64,000 bases of DNA, from contig MFQZ01000009.1 of the NCBI GenBank assembly GCA_001784435.1, positions 11,324 to 75,323 on the forward strand. The letters are read 5' to 3'. Positions 62,552 to 64,000 of this stretch are shown here, one piece after another. The position numbers were made by a program, and so were the translations under genes. Under the pieces are notes generated by a model. It ran no database searches. It was not told the origin of the DNA and saw nothing but the letters and a program-made list of their open reading frames with translations. Every line of letters starts with the position of its first letter. The stretch's first letter is position 1. Source of the stretch: Candidatus Magasanikbacteria bacterium RIFOXYC2_FULL_42_28. Lineage in GTDB: Bacteria; Patescibacteriota; Patescibacteriia; Magasanikbacterales; GWA2-37-8.

Positions 62552-63742
62552 CTATACTTTTTTGAACCTCCAAATCTCCCGCCCTACTCGCTGTCCCGGC
62601 CGGCCATACAACAAGTATGGCTTTTTTTGTTGAAGCGAGACCGTTTTAAATCCTAAATTATTTATTTCCGATTCGCAATTAATCGTGATCCACTGCCCGC
62701 GTGAAAAAAAACGGGGAATAATAAAAATTACTGTGCCATCTTTTTTTAACAATTTTGTAAACGCGCGAAAAGCATTTAAATACAAGGTTTTTAATTCGCC
62801 AACTTGTAATCGTAACTCGCTTTCGCTTTCACGTCCGGTTAATGGTTTTCCTAAATATGATTCGGTGATGATTGTGTCAATTGAATGGGGTTTTATTTTT
62901 TTCTCTAAATTATCAATATCAATATTGTAAATTGGAAATTGAGAATTGATTGGAAATTTGAAATTTGAAATTGGAAATTGCCGTGCCGTCCACTCCACAT
63001 TTTTTCGTGTATCCGCTATCGCTTTTTCAGATATATCACTCCCGATTAAATTTTTATAACCCAAAATCATCGCCTCGGTCAAAATTGTCCCCGAACCACA
63101 AAATGGATCGAGCAAGGTCGCGTCCAAATCTGCTTGCGCCAAATTTATCATCATCATCGCCAACTTCGGCGGCAACATGCCCGAAAAATCATCGCGTCCC
63201 GGTCGTCCAAAGTCGCGCGCGCCTAATTCTTCAAACGGTTGAATGGCAATTGTTTTGGCCAAAGCAAAACCGTCAGCAGTTTTGGTGATTAAAAACTCCC
63301 GTCCTTTAGTAGTGAGTTGGTTGTGAAATACGGTTGCCGAAGATAACTGGTTATGTTCATCGCTCGGCACATAACGCACTGACAGGCCATTCTTTTTCAA
63401 TTCTTTTTTTATGTCCAAGGCAAATGGCTTAACGCCAATTTGTCCGGACTTATCATATAAACTGATGCCAAAATGGATTTTGCCGGTAATGGTTTGCAGT
63501 TCTGCAATAATTTTTTCTTTTAATTCGTTTTCTGTTAATTCCGAGCCGACCTCTTCGGCGATCTTAATTGTTCCGCCTAAACGTTTAATTAAATCGGTTT
63601 CCACGGCCGTATTAATTTTTAAAATATTTTCCGCCAAAAATTTAACCGCTTCATTTGGTAATTTTAAAACCGTGGTGATTTCCGCCGTGGATATTTCCGG
63701 TTCTCGTCCTAAAACAAACCAAGTGAAATTATTTTTTTTCAT
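62552..63742 (-). CDS. THUMP-domain RNA methyltransferase (Trm14/RlmL/TrmN-like, class I SAM MTase)
   Basis: The N-terminal THUMP-like region is followed by SAM motif I LLDPFCGSGTIL and the catalytic region. The ATG is at 63742. Confidence 0.65.
   Translation of the reverse strand: MKKNNFTWFVLGREPEISTAEITTVLKLPNEAVKFLAENILKINTAVETDLIKRLGGTIKIAEEVGSELTENELKEKIIAELQTITGKIHFGISLYDKSGQIGVKPFALDIKKELKKNGLSVRYVPSDEHNQLSSATVFHNQLTTKGREFLITKTADGFALAKTIAIQPFEELGARDFGRPGRDDFSGMLPPKLAMMMINLAQADLDATLLDPFCGSGTILTEAMILGYKNLIGSDISEKAIADTRKNVEWTARQFPISNFKFPINSQFPIYNIDIDNLEKKIKPHSIDTIITESYLGKPLTGRESESELRLQVGELKTLYLNAFRAFTKLLKKDGTVIFIIPRFFSRGQWITINCESEINNLGFKTVSLQQKKPYLLYGRPGQRVGREIWRFKKV
62925..62990. repeat. 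Family 2 repeat fragment (GGAAATTGGAAATT units) embedded in-frame in the methyltransferase gene
   Basis: AAATTGGAAATTGAGAATTGATTGGAAATTTGAAATTTGAAATTGGAAATT encodes QFPISNFKFPINSQFPIYN on the minus strand. Confidence 0.45.
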
Positions 63743-63993
63743 AGGGTAGTACTGGTAGTGGCGCTGGTCGTGGTAGTGGCATCAGCATAATTAAAAATAT
63801 CGCGCGGATTGGCTGGCCATTCGGTCGTAGTGGATTTTAACAGTAAATTTTTTTGCGCTTGTTCATAAGCCGTGATGTCCACCGCGTCCGTTGACGGCGT
63901 TGATTCCCAGACCGCAATCGCGGCGGTGTTGGAAATCGTAGTATAGATATTACTATAAATGAACCAGATTGAAAATAGCGCGCTACCAAACAT
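63739..63993 (-). CDS. Small membrane protein (84 aa), stop overlapping the methyltransferase start
   Basis: Track ORF with an N-terminal TM MFGSALFSIWFIYSNIY. The gene may start beyond the window end. Confidence 0.3.
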   Translation of the reverse strand: MFGSALFSIWFIYSNIYTTISNTAAIAVWESTPSTDAVDITAYEQAQKNLLLKSTTTEWPANPRDIFNYADATTTTSATTSTTL

Positions 63994-64000
63994 CGCGCCG

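Noticed and set aside
1-64000. CRISPR arrays, rRNA genes, integrase or transposase genes
   Set aside because: There are no regularly spaced short direct repeats with unique spacers; all repeats are dispersed palindromic elements. There is no 16S, 23S or 5S signature. There is no recombinase or transposase ORF near the islet or the repeat families, which is why those are treated as non-autonomous.

Overview
This is an AT-rich (roughly 40% GC) bacterial chromosomal segment spanning the replication origin. It contains rpmH-rnpA-yidD, divergent dnaA, and dnaN, with DnaA-box clusters (TTATCCACA / TTATCCCCA) on both sides of dnaA. The housekeeping genes recognisable from the ORF translations are tgt, rlmH, lspA, a DksA/TraR-family zinc-finger protein, comM/yifB, class-A PBP, DoxX, nfo, trigger factor, the membrane H+-PPase hppA, a LysM-M23 peptidase, polA, holA, rpsT, rmuC, ychF and a THUMP methyltransferase. 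The window also has a nitrate/sulfonate-type ABC transporter, two TrmB-like regulators, two stand-alone AAA+ ATPases, four tRNAs (Cys-GCA, Arg-CCU, Ala-CGC, Ala-GGC) and many giant or cysteine-rich secreted surface proteins. The gene content and reduced metabolism are consistent with a small-genome CPR/Patescibacteria-like organism, which is inference only. I found no rRNA genes and no CRISPR arrays. The most unusual items are: (1) an RPE-like ~90-100 bp palindromic repeat family with hairpin ends TTGTCAT(T/C)CCGA...TCGGGATGACAA, present in seven or more copies, three of them inserted in-frame inside tgt, polA and ychF; (2) a second ~110 bp palindromic GGAAATTGGAAATTTGACA element family sitting just after stop codons, with a fragment in-frame inside the methyltransferase; (3) a ~4 kb insertion into the 5' end of holA flanked by an 83 bp direct duplication of the holA start, carrying a GC-rich OMP-like beta-barrel gene, an AAA ATPase and a TrmB regulator; (4) a poly-G(9) tract inside the promoter spacer of a cysteine-rich surface protein gene, a candidate phase-variation switch; (5) an EamA/DMT transporter fused to a riboflavin kinase domain; (6) a four-gene surface-protein cluster that includes a 2167-aa protein combining LVIVD propeller, BNR and NxFxGxxAG repeats; and (7) several GC-rich islets that encode strongly Shine-Dalgarno-led mini-ORFs.
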